64,000 nucleotides of DNA from Nitrospirales bacterium (lineage in GTDB: Bacteria > Nitrospirota > Nitrospiria > Nitrospirales > UBA8639), in NCBI GenBank assembly GCA_965203295.1, contig CBDBCZ010000007.1, positions 32,001-96,000 of the forward strand. The letters are read 5' to 3'. The number at the start of each line of letters is the position of its first letter. Positions within the stretch are counted from its first letter, which is position 1. Position numbers and translations under genes: made by a program. Shown piece after piece: positions 25,100-37,536 of the stretch. The notes under the pieces were generated by a model. The model did no database searches, had not been told where the DNA came from, and saw nothing but the letters and a program-made list of their open reading frames with translations.

Positions 25100-26237
25100 A
25101 CACTTCCCTCTCTAATAAGAGCCCAGCATGATTATATGGGGCTTCCAGGCTGGAAAGTCAACCACAGCTGCACTATTGTCCACTACATACGAATGGCTTA
25201 CAGCCCTTGAGAAAGGCAGCGGTATGTGCAGTTTTTTTTTCGACCTGAAAAAAGGCCTTCGATTCAGTGCCTCATAAGGTAGCTAGCTACTGATGAGTAA
25301 GCTGCAGCAGCTGGGTATAGACAGCCATGTCCTCCACTGGATATCAGACTACCTAACCTGCAGATACCAAAAGGTGGTTGTGAATGGCGAAGTCTCTCAG
25401 GACATGGCGGTGCTCTCAGGGGTACCACAATTAACAATGTTCTGTCTTAGGTCCTCTGCTGTTCTTGATTTATATCGACAGCCTAGCAAATATTTCAGTT
25501 ACTGATGGCACCGTATGCTGATGACTTACTTCGTTTTCGTCCAATCACCAAGTAGAGTGACTTTCAGACCCTCCAAAGTGACATAAACTCCATCCAAGAC
25601 TGGGTCCTAAGAAATTACCTGACCTTAATTCATCCAAGTGCAAGTTCATGCTAGTGTCAAGAAAGAAACAACCGTCGACCCCCCTCCTCTGAAACTTAAT
25701 AGGTGCAGTATTGAACAAGTAGAGTGTTTTAAGTACCTTGGGTTGCTGCTCTCATATCCAACATGTCATGGACCCCACATGTGGATTCCATATGCTCCAA
25801 AGCGTTTGCATGCAAGATTGTCACTAGTAGATGGGATCTCGACTACCAGGAGCTCACAAACATCCACTCTCTAGCCACGCGCCAACTACATCTGGAGCTG
25901 TGCACACTTTAGAATTATAGCTACAAGGGCTGTGCTATTTCCCCACTGATGTCTTTGTCCCCCGTGTGCACTTCAGCCAGCGTACCTGCCATGTTTATAC
26001 ATTGGCACCAACCTCATGCACATGCACACAAGTTTTTTTTTTCATCACTCTTTTGTACCTTACTCTTCTTCTTTGTGGAACTCCTTGGCCCCTACCACTG
26101 TGTCGGCTCCAAGTTTGCCTATCTAAAAAAGGAACTTTACCTTATAGCTATTGTATTTCATTTTGGGCACACTTTTATTAGCATACTTGCTATTTTGTAT
26201 CCATTGCTTACGTACATAAGCTTTCATAGAAAAAAAA
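25100..26237 (+). pseudogene. 5'-truncated, decayed LINE (CR1/L2-like reverse transcriptase) with A-rich tail
   Basis: Frameshifted RT motifs FFDLKKAFDSVPH, WISDYL, SGVPQ, LGPLLF, YADD, FKYLG. A-tract at 26230-26237. Confidence 0.85.
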
Positions 26238-26492
26238 TCAGCAGATATTAGGTAGGGAAACAACTTGAACCAAATACTAGGAAGGGAAGCTAGGTCTAGA
26301 CGTCCATTCACAATTTAAAGGAAGCACCCATTCACCATGAGGATTCCACAGATAGACATCTTGTCTGTCTACATGCATGTTCTCACTGGCTTATAATATA
26401 ATTATATACACAGGAAGTTCTTTGCTATATAGAACTATATGTAATATATAAACCATGGCCAGGAGGTGTATATCAGTGATATACCATGCACC

Positions 26493-26569
26493 TGCTGTGG
26501 AGGAGGTTTTTGGGAATATACCGCGAGGGCCGCAGGCCCGAGGGGTATATTCCCAGAAACCTCCGAACA
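26493..26569. repeat. Bulged hairpin (family e), interrupted by a Tc1-like MITE
   Basis: GGAGGTTTTTGGGAATATACC...GGTATATTCCCAGAAACCTCC with apex CGAGGGCCGCAGGCCCGAG. Confidence 0.65.
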
Positions 26570-26751
26570 ATAGTGGAACCCCTCTATTGTGGACACCTTG
26601 GAGGCCTGGTCAAGTGTCCTGTATAGAGAGGTGTCCTCATTTTAGGGGTGCATTTATATTGAGAAAGCATATTTGGGACATAGCAAAGTGTCCTTAATAC
26701 AGAGGTGTCCTTATTACAGGGGTGTCCTTTAATATAAGAGGGGTTCCACTG
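26570..26751. mobile_element. Tc1/mariner-pogo-like MITE
   Basis: TIRs AGTGGAACCCCTCT / AGAGGGGTTCCACTG followed by TA. Confidence 0.75.
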
Positions 26752-27213
26752 TACGTGGGTCCAGGGGCTCTCTACCCATCCTGCTTGGGTGGATGGGATC
26801 ATTGACTCTGTTATTATTATTCTGTATTGAACACATTAGCTATTACAGTGCCAAGTGAGATAATATATGGCATGAAGTGGCAAGCATCCACTCGAGTGCT
26901 CTCTGCTGATTTTATTCGATTTCTTTGAAAATAATCATAATATTATTACTTTGCTACGAGTCCAATACCCCAAAGGATGTTCAGCATGCTCTGTGCTTAA
27001 ATCATTGTGACTGCCTCAGCCATTATTGCTATAGCCTGGCAGAAAAATCAGAATCAGAAGCAGGGATGCTAGGTCAAAGAACTCCATTCACAAGGGAAGT
27101 CCCTAAAATGATGTCATTGCATTATTGTATAGCCTGGTTGAGGAATCAAAATCAGAAAATTGGATAATAGGTCATTCACAAAGGAAGCACCTGCGTCCTG
27201 CGATCTGCTAATG

Positions 27214-27673
27214 GATATCACTGAATGCAAGGGGAAATTTGGACTGAATATCACTGAATGCAAGGGGAAATTTGGACTGAATATCACTGAATGCAAGGGG
27301 AAATTTAGACTGAATATGACTGAATGCAAGGGGAAATTTAGACTGAATATCACTGAATGCAAGGGGAAATTTAGACTGAATATCACTGAATGCAAGGGGA
27401 AATTTAGACTGAATATCACTGAATGCAAGGGGAAATTTGGACTGAATATCACTGAATGCAAGGGGAAATTTAGACTGAATATCACTGAATGCAAGGGGAA
27501 ATTTGGACTGAATATCACTGAATGCAAGGGGAAATTTAGACTGAATATCACTGAATGCAAGGGGAAATTTAGACTGAATATCACTGAATGCAAGGGGAAA
27601 TTTAGACTGAATATGACTGAATGCAAGGGGAAATTTAGACTGAATATCACTGAATGCAAGGGGAAATTTAGAC
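27214..27673. repeat. 33-bp minisatellite, about 14 copies
   Basis: Unit GAATATCACTGAATGCAAGGGGAAATTT(A/G)GACT, no spacers. Confidence 0.97.
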
Positions 27674-27774
27674 CCCTGAGTCATGTTTAGCTATTAAATT
27701 AGATTGGCCTGAGCTTAGTATTTATTACAGTGCATGTGGCTGTTTTTCATTGTAAACTAGATCTACTCTGTAGC

Positions 27775-30288
27775 ATGGCTAGTGGTAGCAGTGAGAAACC
27801 CAAGAATGTTGTTGGGAAATGGCCCAAACGTTCGGTCCTCTTTCATATAAGTATTGGTGTAGTGTTCCTGATTGTGCTGGTTCTCGCCCTAGTTGCACTG
27901 GGATCACTTGCTGCCAAACATAATGAAGTCCTTGACGTGTGTCCGCAATGTGGGTGCATTCTTTACAGTTCTCGTGAGCCGTCCGGTTTTATTCGGCTTA
28001 GCAGCGGAAAGTCGTGCGCATTTGGGATCTGGGGCGAGGCGGTGATTGCAGCAATAGCAGTGGGGTTTATTGTATTGACAGTGGTGAAAGTTGTTGCTGG
28101 GAAACCAATGTAAGTGATTCCTAAGTGGGGTATACATTATGCCATACGTAGCAGTCTGGCAGCTGTGTAGCGCATGTATCGACCATATAATTTATATGCA
28201 AGGCTGTGAAAGAAAAATATTATAATATAAGCACTATATGGCAACAACATGCATTTCATTGCTCTGCTCTAATCCTCCAGAGTTGGAATTATAACACTTG
28301 TTGAGCTGACTGTTATTATTGCCACTGTCCTGCTGGGGCTTGCTATTGGAATTGTCATTTCTGCTGGACTAAGTCAGACTTGTGATGCTTTTGATAATGA
28401 CGGACCGTAAGTTATTTGCATGGCAGTATATAAATGCAGTGAGCTATTTACATCTGGAGGCCTATTTCTTTTGGTATAATGTTACTGACATGTGAAAAAC
28501 TGAGTACAATGGCCTGAGTTTTCTAATGCATAACACGAGAAAATACTTTTTCTGCTTTATGCCCTGACCTCATGATCAATTAATATATAGTGGCATAGAA
28601 AGATTGACATTAAATTTTGGTGATAACATAGTTTACAGTGGCATATAGGAAGATGAACACACAGGCTTGCAGAACCTTTTTTGACTAGATAGCACTGTGT
28701 ATACAGACCTGAGAATGGTGCCAAAGACGATCTTACTGGGAAAGCATGCCATTGTTGAGCGAAAGGCTAGAGCTTAATTAGCAGTAAGCACTGATATGAA
28801 CAGGTTCTGGAGATTGCTGCAGAGTTGTACTTCTGCTGCGCATGCTTCGAACCCCGTCTGGCATCAATGTGGTAACAGTTTGCATGCTTCCTTTGTAGTC
28901 TTATGCATGAGCTGTCAATCCTTCTGCCCTTTGGGGAGGAGCCGGACACATATGACATTTCCCCAACTATTGAATTAGCATCAGCCGTCTACTAAAACAT
29001 TTTCTTATCTTATTAACTTTATGTTTAAATTTGTCTTATTTGCCTACAGGTGTAGCGAAAACCATTTCATCACGCTGAACTTTCGTGTTGTCAATCTATT
29101 CTTCTACAATGAACTTTATACATCTGAAGTGAGTAGTTAACAGCATTACTCAGTACCAATATGTTGTTACGTATATGAATTGGTGAGTTGATGATACTGT
29201 TCTACCTTCAGTGTTGTCTGATTCTAGATCTGAGAGTAAAAACTCAGTCTTTTGGTTGCTAAACACCTGGGGCCAAATCAGACTGCTCACCAAATTAAGT
29301 TTTTAATGTGGCTTACTTTAGGAGTGTGTATGTTTTAGAAATGGCTCCTGGGTGCAAGCTGACACCAATGATACGTAGCTTTGTCCTGGAAAGATTCATT
29401 TATTCAGAGATAACTATATCATAATTTTTTACAACATGAAGTAACTATGTTGTAGCCTCATCCCCAAGTTCTCCAAAAGCAGGGAAGCTATAGAGCCTGG
29501 TACCTTTTCTCATAATTTTCTCATGATTATAAGTACAGGCCGAGACCGATCGAAAGATGTCATTTCTTATGGCAGTTAGCTAGCTATGTATGTATTCTGT
29601 CTTCAAAGATATAGTCTGTCACATAAGGGGAGGCTGTAGCTAGCTACTACAGCTCCTGGGAGTAGGTTAGCAGAGTTTATGTTGCTTCTGTAGAAGTTGT
29701 GTTATGAGTGCTGGACTGTTTAGTAGCTACAGCATAAAATCATTTACGGAGTCTGTTGCAAAGCAGAAAAAGTGTTAGTGTGGCATAAGTACACACACAA
29801 CACACATGCACACACAACAAAAAAAGTGGAATTTCCTGAAAATATGCATTACAAGGAAATTTGACAGAAAATATGGTATTCTAGGTACAGGGTAGTATAT
29901 AGGATAGGGAAGAATTTCATGATTTTAAAGGAAGTTCTGCCCTATCCTATACTACCCTGTACCTGAAATGCCAGATTTCCTGTCAAATTTCCTCGTAACC
30001 CATTTCAGAAAATTCCACTTTTTTTCCTGTGACACACAACCACTCACACGCATGCATACACAATACACACACACACACAAAGCAGAGTTACCTTGGTATA
30101 GCACTTGATGCAGTAGCTATATTTAATGCTATGACTGTATGCACTAACTATCATTGTTTCAATACATTCAGGTAACTGCCTGGTTAGGATTCGCCATTCT
30201 GGCCGTTGTTGCTGTGGCATACATCGTAATTCTAATATACTCCCGTGTCCAGGGAAAAAAGATCACTTGTACGCGCGGAACAGAATGA
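27775..30288 (+). CDS. TMEM179-like four-TM protein (218 aa)
   Basis: Exons 27775-28109, 28281-28406, 29050-29128, 30172-30288 join in frame. Pattern CILY...SCAFG, SAGLSQTC...C...FYNEL...AW recalls the TMEM179 family; family call is from memory of motifs. Confidence 0.7.
29813..30031. mobile_element. ~220-bp foldback (palindromic) element
   Basis: AAAAAAAGTGGAATTT...GGTACAGGGTAGT mirrored by ACTACCCTGTACC...AAATTCCACTTTTTTT. Confidence 0.75.
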
Positions 30289-31159
30289 CAATTGACTCCG
30301 TATACTATTTTAACTATACTAACTTTAACCCACATGCAGTATTCAGCACTGACACACACCATTATGATTATATATGTAGCATGTAGTTAGACATTCATTT
30401 CTGATTGATGTTGTTCTATATGCAACCACATACAATTAAATCACATATACCATGCTTGCTTGCCATTAGTCATTGGGAAATCACAGGAGTAAGTGGAAGC
30501 TGCTGTAGTAGTACCCCTATAATTATAGGGATAAATGAAGGGCTGAGAACCAAAATGAAGTGATGGAAAATGTATGAAAAGCATGATAATGAAGCAAAAA
30601 ATGTGTGTATACCCTATAAGTATACGACCAAAATTGAAAATCTAAAGTTTTGAGCAGCTCCTGAAACACATGCAGTTTAAGAGTATTCTGAATTCTGGGA
30701 GGGGCAGGTTCAAATTTGTGGGTTACACCACTCTGGTTCTCAAATGTAGTACAGGTACATTTGCAACAATAAGAACCAGCTCTTGAAAAGGCTGTGTGTC
30801 ATAAACTCATGACTTAATTGTTCCCAAGCTCTTCTTTTATTTAGTTTGGCAAAATCGGATTCGGAGCCTGCATGGATATCTACATTGTAGCTACATGTTG
30901 TTTTTTTTTTTTACATCCATGCCTACGCAATAGCTAGCTAGCTATTGCTCATGGTAGTACTTTCACTAATGAATTTCAAATGCAACTAATTAATTGTACA
31001 TAGCTATGTAGCTAGCATAAAAACTTTTTTTGATCAAGATTTAGCTATTGTCAACATTTGTCAGAATGACAAATTGAGTAATCACTATTTTATAGTTCCG
31101 GTATTTTTTTTAAAAATCTTGGTGAGCAGGCTGTTTTATTGCCTTATGATTAGGCCTGA

Positions 31160-31331
31160 TCTGGGTTCTGTTCCAGGGTCCTGGTCTGAGGTGAATTGGG
31201 TTCTGTTCCAGGATGTACTGGGTCCTGGTCTGAGGTGAAATGGGTTCTGTTCCAGGATGTACTGGGTCCTGGTCTGAGGTGAAATGGGTTCTGTTCCAGG
31301 ATGTACTGGGTCCTGGTCTGAGGTGAATTGG
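31160..31331. repeat. ~44-bp tandem repeat, about 4 copies
   Basis: Unit TGGGTTCTGTTCCAGGATGTACTGGGTCCTGGTCTGAGGTGAAA. Related sequence at about 39900-40030. Confidence 0.85.
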
Positions 31332-31877
31332 TTTGCTCCAAAAAAAAATGCCTGAGGGCAGAGACAGGGAATGAGGCTATGAGGATATATGGCCAAAATG
31401 ATGAAGGTAATATATAGATGATGCTAAATCCGGGCGGCACCATCATCCAGTGTTCTAGTGGTGAAGGCCTTGAACTAGAGGGCGGAGAATTAGGTAGCCA
31501 CATTCCCAGGCCCGTGCCATTTTCGGTTACACGAAAGCTGTGACCGAAAAAGTCACAGGCCTGGGAACGAGGCTAAGACAAGTCTCCCAGTATGTTTACA
31601 AAATCAATTCTAGTGTGAAAACACAAAAATGCAATTAGGAAGGAATCTAGAGTACAATGGGGTCAGCAGGACAAGTGTAAATCCTGTTAAGCTTCCTGTA
31701 AAGGCTTTGAAGCTGCTGGATGACCCCAGGTTGAACTCATTGTGTGGTCAAAACAGCATCCTTATCATAATCCCTCCATAAAAGTCTAGGGCAAGTTACA
31801 TGCTTGCTATATGCTGCAGTGTCAGATAGTGCCTTGGTCAGTGAGTGATTTAGCTATAGCACGACTCAGCCAGCAAA

Positions 31878-33721
31878 ATGGGTTTTTGCGATTATCGGTG
31901 TTACCCTAGCCTAGGTCTATGTAGATTTTCTGAGGGCGTTATTGAACTGCTACTTCGTCTTATACTTTCAGTGGTGAGTTGGAAATTAGTTGCATTCAAT
32001 TTGTTTAATATTTCATTAATGTGCAAAAATTACAGCTGCATAACTTTATTTGTAGCAACATTATTATTATGCTAACATCTAAACTCACTGAAAGTTGCGG
32101 CACTTTGTTTATTTATTTTTCTCACAGTTTGCCATTGCTGCCATGGTTCCATCTGCCCTTGTTTTTTCACTGGGAGATGAATCACTGTACGAAATACTCA
32201 ACAGAATGGTGGTAGCAGTGCAGGAGTTGGATTCACGAGGCCTCACCGTTCCCGGGAGCCTTCAGGAGTTTATGGACGAAGGCAACGCTGGCACTCTTGC
32301 GGCTGGTGGAGTGGTCTTCGGAATTGCCATGATTGCTCTCATGTACCACTCTTCCGTTATTCCACTGCGACTCCACATCACATGCGTCAATGACTTCCCC
32401 AATTCGTTCCTTTGCATGGTAAGTGGTGCTAGCTGCATGCAGAGTGTCATGCTGCGTATACATATAGCACAATTGAAGGTCCAAGAACTAAGGTGGTTTA
32501 CCCCAAAATTAAGTACTAAAATTGCATGCATTGCGCCAAAATCAAGTAAAAATGTGCATACCCTACAAACATATCACATGACTAAGTAAATGTTGAGTAG
32601 CTCCTGCAACACTTCTAAGTTTGAGAGGGTAAATTCAATCAATTTTTGTAGGTTGTATATATATTAGTGACCACCTTTTGCTTCAATTTGCTCTTCACCA
32701 CTTGCGTATTCCCTGCACAGGATATTTTCATTAACGTGTTCCTAGCTGCTGGGTACTTTGCCGGTGCTGTCATTGCCGCAGTATTTGCAGCTGATTTGGG
32801 AGATTTCATTGATCCCGGAGCGCCCCTTGCCACCATCTTTCCTTTGGTATCAGACCCTTTTCAAGTTGAAAAAATCCGGAACGCTTTAGCAGCTACAGCG
32901 GTGAGTTCAATAATAGTAATGTCCTGGTGCCCAGAATACTGTGAGACAAAGTCTCTGGTAGAATAATATAGCAAAATGCAGCTGTCTTTTATATTGAATA
33001 ATGACATAAGGCCGTTGCAAATTGATTATTAGTTTCCCATTGCCCACCCGCGTGACAGAATTATCCCCGCATGACAGCGTATTATTGATTGTGTGACGCG
33101 TTTTAATATACTATTCCGCCGGCTATCCACCCATTTGCGTCTACTGTTGTGAAGACTAGACTTCGGATAAACCAGAATTGTATCCTCAATGCAAGGATTG
33201 TCAGGACAGCAACCAGTGAAACAAAATTGAATATTTTGTTATTAATTGCATACACGACTTTTTTTTAATTCTGTTCTTTGCTCACTTCCTGTCTTGTTTC
33301 CTGGAAAAGTAATAATAAGATAATAAATAATAACCCGCCTGCCTGGTCATATTCATAGGCATGCAATGGGAAACTAATAATTAATTTGCAGTGGCCTAAG
33401 TTGACCACGTGACTTTAGATCCCAGGCCCTGTGACAGTTCGTGCAACCGAAAATGCATGGCATGGGACTGGGAACAAAGCTAAGGAATTGACACTATGCT
33501 GTATCTGTGAAGACTTCAAAGGACTAATCAACGCTAACCTTACTCGAACCTATTCACATGCATTGGTGATAATAGGACTGAACATGTGGAACATGGTATT
33601 CGTTAATCCCCCTCTGCAGGCATTTGGAATAATTAATGCAATTCTGTGTCTCCTTCACGCTTTATGGATGCTGCTGTTCCGAATTTTCCGTTGGAATGAG
33701 AAACTGGATGCTAAGGCATAA
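31878..33721 (+). CDS. MARVEL-like four-TM protein, paralog 3 (222 aa)
   Basis: Exons 31878-31973, 32128-32418, 32721-32900, 33620-33721, all phase 0. Motifs FSEGVIELLLRL, IRNALAATAAFG, WNEK. Confidence 0.88.
33010..33396. mobile_element. PIF/Harbinger-like MITE
   Basis: ~34-bp TIR GGCC(GT/AC)TGCAAATT(G/A)ATTATTAGTTTCCCATTGC with TAA on both flanks. Confidence 0.85.
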
Positions 33722-34992
33722 AACGAACTTACTCTTAACTTCTGATATACGTATTTATGTAGCTAAATCTAGAACTGTAAACATGTTATTGATCAGTAGG
33801 AAGGATTGTTCTGACACTGTATACAGCTATAGGTGTAAATGTACTGTTGTGTCTGACTCACATATTGCTTGTTGTGTTTCTCCCTATAAATGAAGATTGT
33901 GTTAAGTGATGGTTTGCATTCACTGTTATCATCATCCTGTTAAATGCCACTGTCTCTGGCTCAACAAGTTAAAAGAGCATCTTAGAGGCAGTAAAAAGCC
34001 GTGGCAAACTCAAGATGTGGGGACGTCCATTATATAGCCTCGTTCCCAGGCCTCCGCACAGCTCTTGTCGCTTCTGGGAACGAGGCTGGGCATCCATAGC
34101 CCCACGGTAGCACGGCACGGCAAGCCCTTTTCTGAGTTTAGGAGATATCACACACTACAATAGCCTGCATGATTCTACTGTAGCAGCAAACTCGGGCATT
34201 GCATGTACTCTAAAACTTGATTTTTAATTAGCATGGGTAGCTTAATACACGCGGTTACCCTTTTTCCATGCCTGGTTATGGCCAGGGTAGGGCCTAGCTA
34301 TGGAGGCTAATTGCTGGGTTTTAAGCTAGCTGTGTTGCATCAGAATCTACAGGCTAGTGCATAAGTGCACATGCAAAGTGCATGAGTGCATGCACATGCA
34401 TGGACATTGCCCATTCAAATGTATGCACTTCCTGCTGGACCAATAGCCACGTCCTTAAAATATTGACCTTCATTCTATGAAATCCCCTTTTCTCTTTCAA
34501 GCTCTTGAACCAGGCCAATTGACTGAGCATCTTACCAACCGTACCAACTTTTTTGCTTAAAGGCGAACAAAACGAGGGCGGCCTGTCCTACACTTAATAA
34601 CTTTTACTTGCAGTGAGTTTCTTTCAAATCGCGCAAAAAGCTGTCAAACTTGCATTGTTAAATTCTGGATCCACTGTCTCTCACAAGCACAAGTGCAAAA
34701 GCTGGTATCTGCAATCATGAGGCAAGTTGCTCCACATCCATGTAGGCAAACAACCATAGCTGTAAGCTGTAACAGTGTGATGTCTCCAGAATAACTTCCT
34801 GCATGTGAAGCCAGATAGTAACACACCACTGAAACCTGACACCAAAAATAGCTAATCACTCGCAACTCATCTGAGCTATCAAAACTGTGGTCACGCCTTA
34901 CCTCGATCAGCAGTTCTGCGCGTCCGTGGTGCGCCTCTAGCTAGCTCCTTTGTGTTTAATACGCCAGCGAGTGAAAGTTAATCAGCTAAAAG

Positions 34993-36893
34993 ATGGGTGG
35001 TGGTTTTTGCGATTGGCGATGTCGTCCCAGCCTCGGCATTGTGAGGTTTTGCCAGGGCATCACTGAGGTGTCACTCCGCATTTCTCTTGTACTGGTGAGC
35101 TGAATACCCAAAAATTATTGCATGGCTGCATAACATTTTTTTTACTTACCTAAGTTAACAATAAAGTGTATAATTTTACCTGTGTCCACTGTCATAGTAT
35201 GCATCATAGAAGTTTTGAGCTGAATCCAGTTACAATAAAGTGTGTAGTTTAATCTACTTGTATTCACTGCGTTATAGAAGTTTTAAGTAGTCATAGCTCA
35301 AGGCATCATTTTTTGAGCAATAATAATCACTCACCATCCATGCAATATTCACAGTTTGCCATTGCAGCCATCGTTCCGGCTATTCTTGTTTTCACACTCG
35401 GAGATGAATCTCTGCACGTAATACTCGACAGGATGGAATCCGCACGCAATGATTTGGACAATTTGAACCTACCCATCCCTGGGAGCCTTAACGAGTACAT
35501 CGACGAAGGCAGCACTGGTACCTTTGCAGCCGCTGGACTGGTGTTGGGGACTGGTATAGTGGTGCTCATATACCAGATTACGGTGACGCTGGTTCGGTTT
35601 CATCAGACCTGTCTCAACGATTTCCCCAACTGCTTCCTTTTCTGGGTAAGTGTATTTGCCAACCTGAGCATATACCAGTTTGCTAGCCTCATTCCCTATG
35701 CTCTAAACCCATGCATACCTCCAGGCCTAACCCTAACCCTAATCCTAACCCTAACCCTAACCCTAACCCTAACCCTAACCCTAACCCTAACCCTAACCCT
35801 AACCCTAACCCTAACCCTAACCCTAACCCTAACCCCAACTCAACCCTAACCCTAACCCTAACCCTAACCCTAACCCTAACCCTAACCCCAACCCCAACTC
35901 AACCCTAATCCAAACCCTTAGCAGCTTTTTTGTAATACTTCTCTTGTGTGAAATAGCTGGGGAAGGAAGGGAGGGAGATGTAATGTGGAAATCGGGAATG
36001 AGGCCACCAGATTTCTCCTGGTTAGGTATGTGTATCACTGTGTTTCTTTTTTATATTTTGCTGCACAGGATATCCTGACAACCTTCTTTCTGGCTGCTTG
36101 TTACTTCGCTGGAGCTGTCATCGCTGCAGTCTTTGCAAATGATCTCAATGATTTCGTTGATCCGGGATTGCCTCTAGCAATCCTCTTTCCCGGCCAGTCA
36201 GACCCATTCCGAGTTTCAAAAATCAGGAACGCTTTAGCAGCTGCTGCGGTGAGTTCAAGATCAGTAATGGTAACATTTCATAGGGTTAGGGAATTCTTTG
36301 TAAGGTAAGGTGGGGCCTTTCCGACGGTGGGGGTAATTCTGACGGTTACGCTTACATCTCCAGTGTGCTGTGGAGTTAGGTGATGATTTTATGCCTCAGT
36401 ATAGGTCAGTAAGACAGCTATATGCATAGCAGCGTCGCAACTTCTGTGTAACTGGCTCTACACTCCAGTGTCGGAATTACCTCTGGGGTTAAATTTCTGT
36501 CGGAATAGCCCCGCTTTACCTTACATGTACAACAACTGTGCATATTTTGTTTGCAGCCTTTAGTGCTATATTATATTGATGAAAAATTGTGGAAGTTCCA
36601 TTTCTACAGCTTTGGCTATTATCGTGCATTGGGGATAGTCTGGATTAGGCCCGTATGTACAGGGCATCCTTGCTTTAACAACATGAGCTTGTTCACAAAG
36701 ATCTGGCTGTTTAGCTGACTTATGAAATATGATTTTGTTGTAACACCCGATTGTTGCTGCTACTCACGTGAACAATTCCATCCCTCTGCAGGCATACGGT
36801 TTTATCAATGCAGTTCTGTGCATCATCCAGGGATTGTGGATGATCGTATTCCGGTTTAGCCGGTGGAACGAGAAGCTGGAGTCCCTGTCATAA
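34993..36893 (+). CDS. MARVEL-like four-TM protein, paralog 4 (224 aa)
   Basis: Exons 34993-35094, 35355-35645, 36069-36248, 36792-36893. Exons 2-4 have the same lengths as paralog 3 (291/180/102 nt). Confidence 0.88.
35726..35918. repeat. Interstitial telomeric repeat (CCCTAA)n, about 30 units
   Basis: Mostly perfect CCCTAA with CCCCAA/CTCAA variants, in intron 2 of paralog 4. Confidence 0.95.
36299..36525. mobile_element. Small TIR element, unclassified
   Basis: TGTAAGGTAAGGTGGGGC / GCCCCGCTTTACCTTACA with internal TTCCGAC / GTCGGAA repeats. Confidence 0.6.
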
Positions 36894-37401
36894 AGAAACT
36901 GTAACTTTGTCGACATCCTAACAGGAGTTACTATTTAGCTTTGTATGTAGAACTGCGGGTGCTGAATCATTTTAAAGTTCCCTTTTTGTGACTGGATTGC
37001 CTTTAGGTTTAATTTATTACGATACATACTCTATTGCTTTTTTTTTTTTTTTGGCTTGTGTTATGAAATTGACCAGTGGGTTAGAGGCTTCGAATTGTAC
37101 ATGTGTAGAGCTATCACTACATGGTTTCAATCTACACCTTCAACTACAAACTGTAGTGTGTTACTGTTGCCATGATATTGTGGTGGAAAGGAAGTGCTGA
37201 TAGTGCAACAGGATACAGTTTGTGGAATGCAGGAAGAGCCCTGAGGAATGTTCAGACTTGGTCAGCCCTGGGGAATGTTCAGGCTGGCTGATAGGCCAAA
37301 TTGCAAATGTGATAAATGGGTGAAATTGAGTATGGAGTGGGCAGTTTGCCCTACATGTAGCTCTCTTGCCACTATACTATTTGGGGTGGGTGGGTGATTA
37401 A

Positions 37402-37536
37402 CCCTTTCACCGGTGTAGCCTCCATATGGAGGCAAGGAAGTACAGAAAAGCCTATACTTTATATTAACGCCTAATATAAAAAGCCCATATAAATTGATAT
37501 GGGCCTTATGGGAGCGAGAATCCACCGGTGAAAGGG
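37402..37536. mobile_element. piggyBac-like MITE
   Basis: Perfect 14-bp TIR CCCTTTCACCGGTG with TTAA on both sides. Confidence 0.9.

Noticed and set aside
27114..27690. Long repetitive ORFs (LNITECKGKF / FPLHSVIFSLN) or a CRISPR array
   Set aside because: Artefact of a 33-bp tandem repeat that is stop-free in several frames; no spacers or splice support.
35726..35918. True chromosome end
   Set aside because: Sits in an intron with in-frame exons on both sides.
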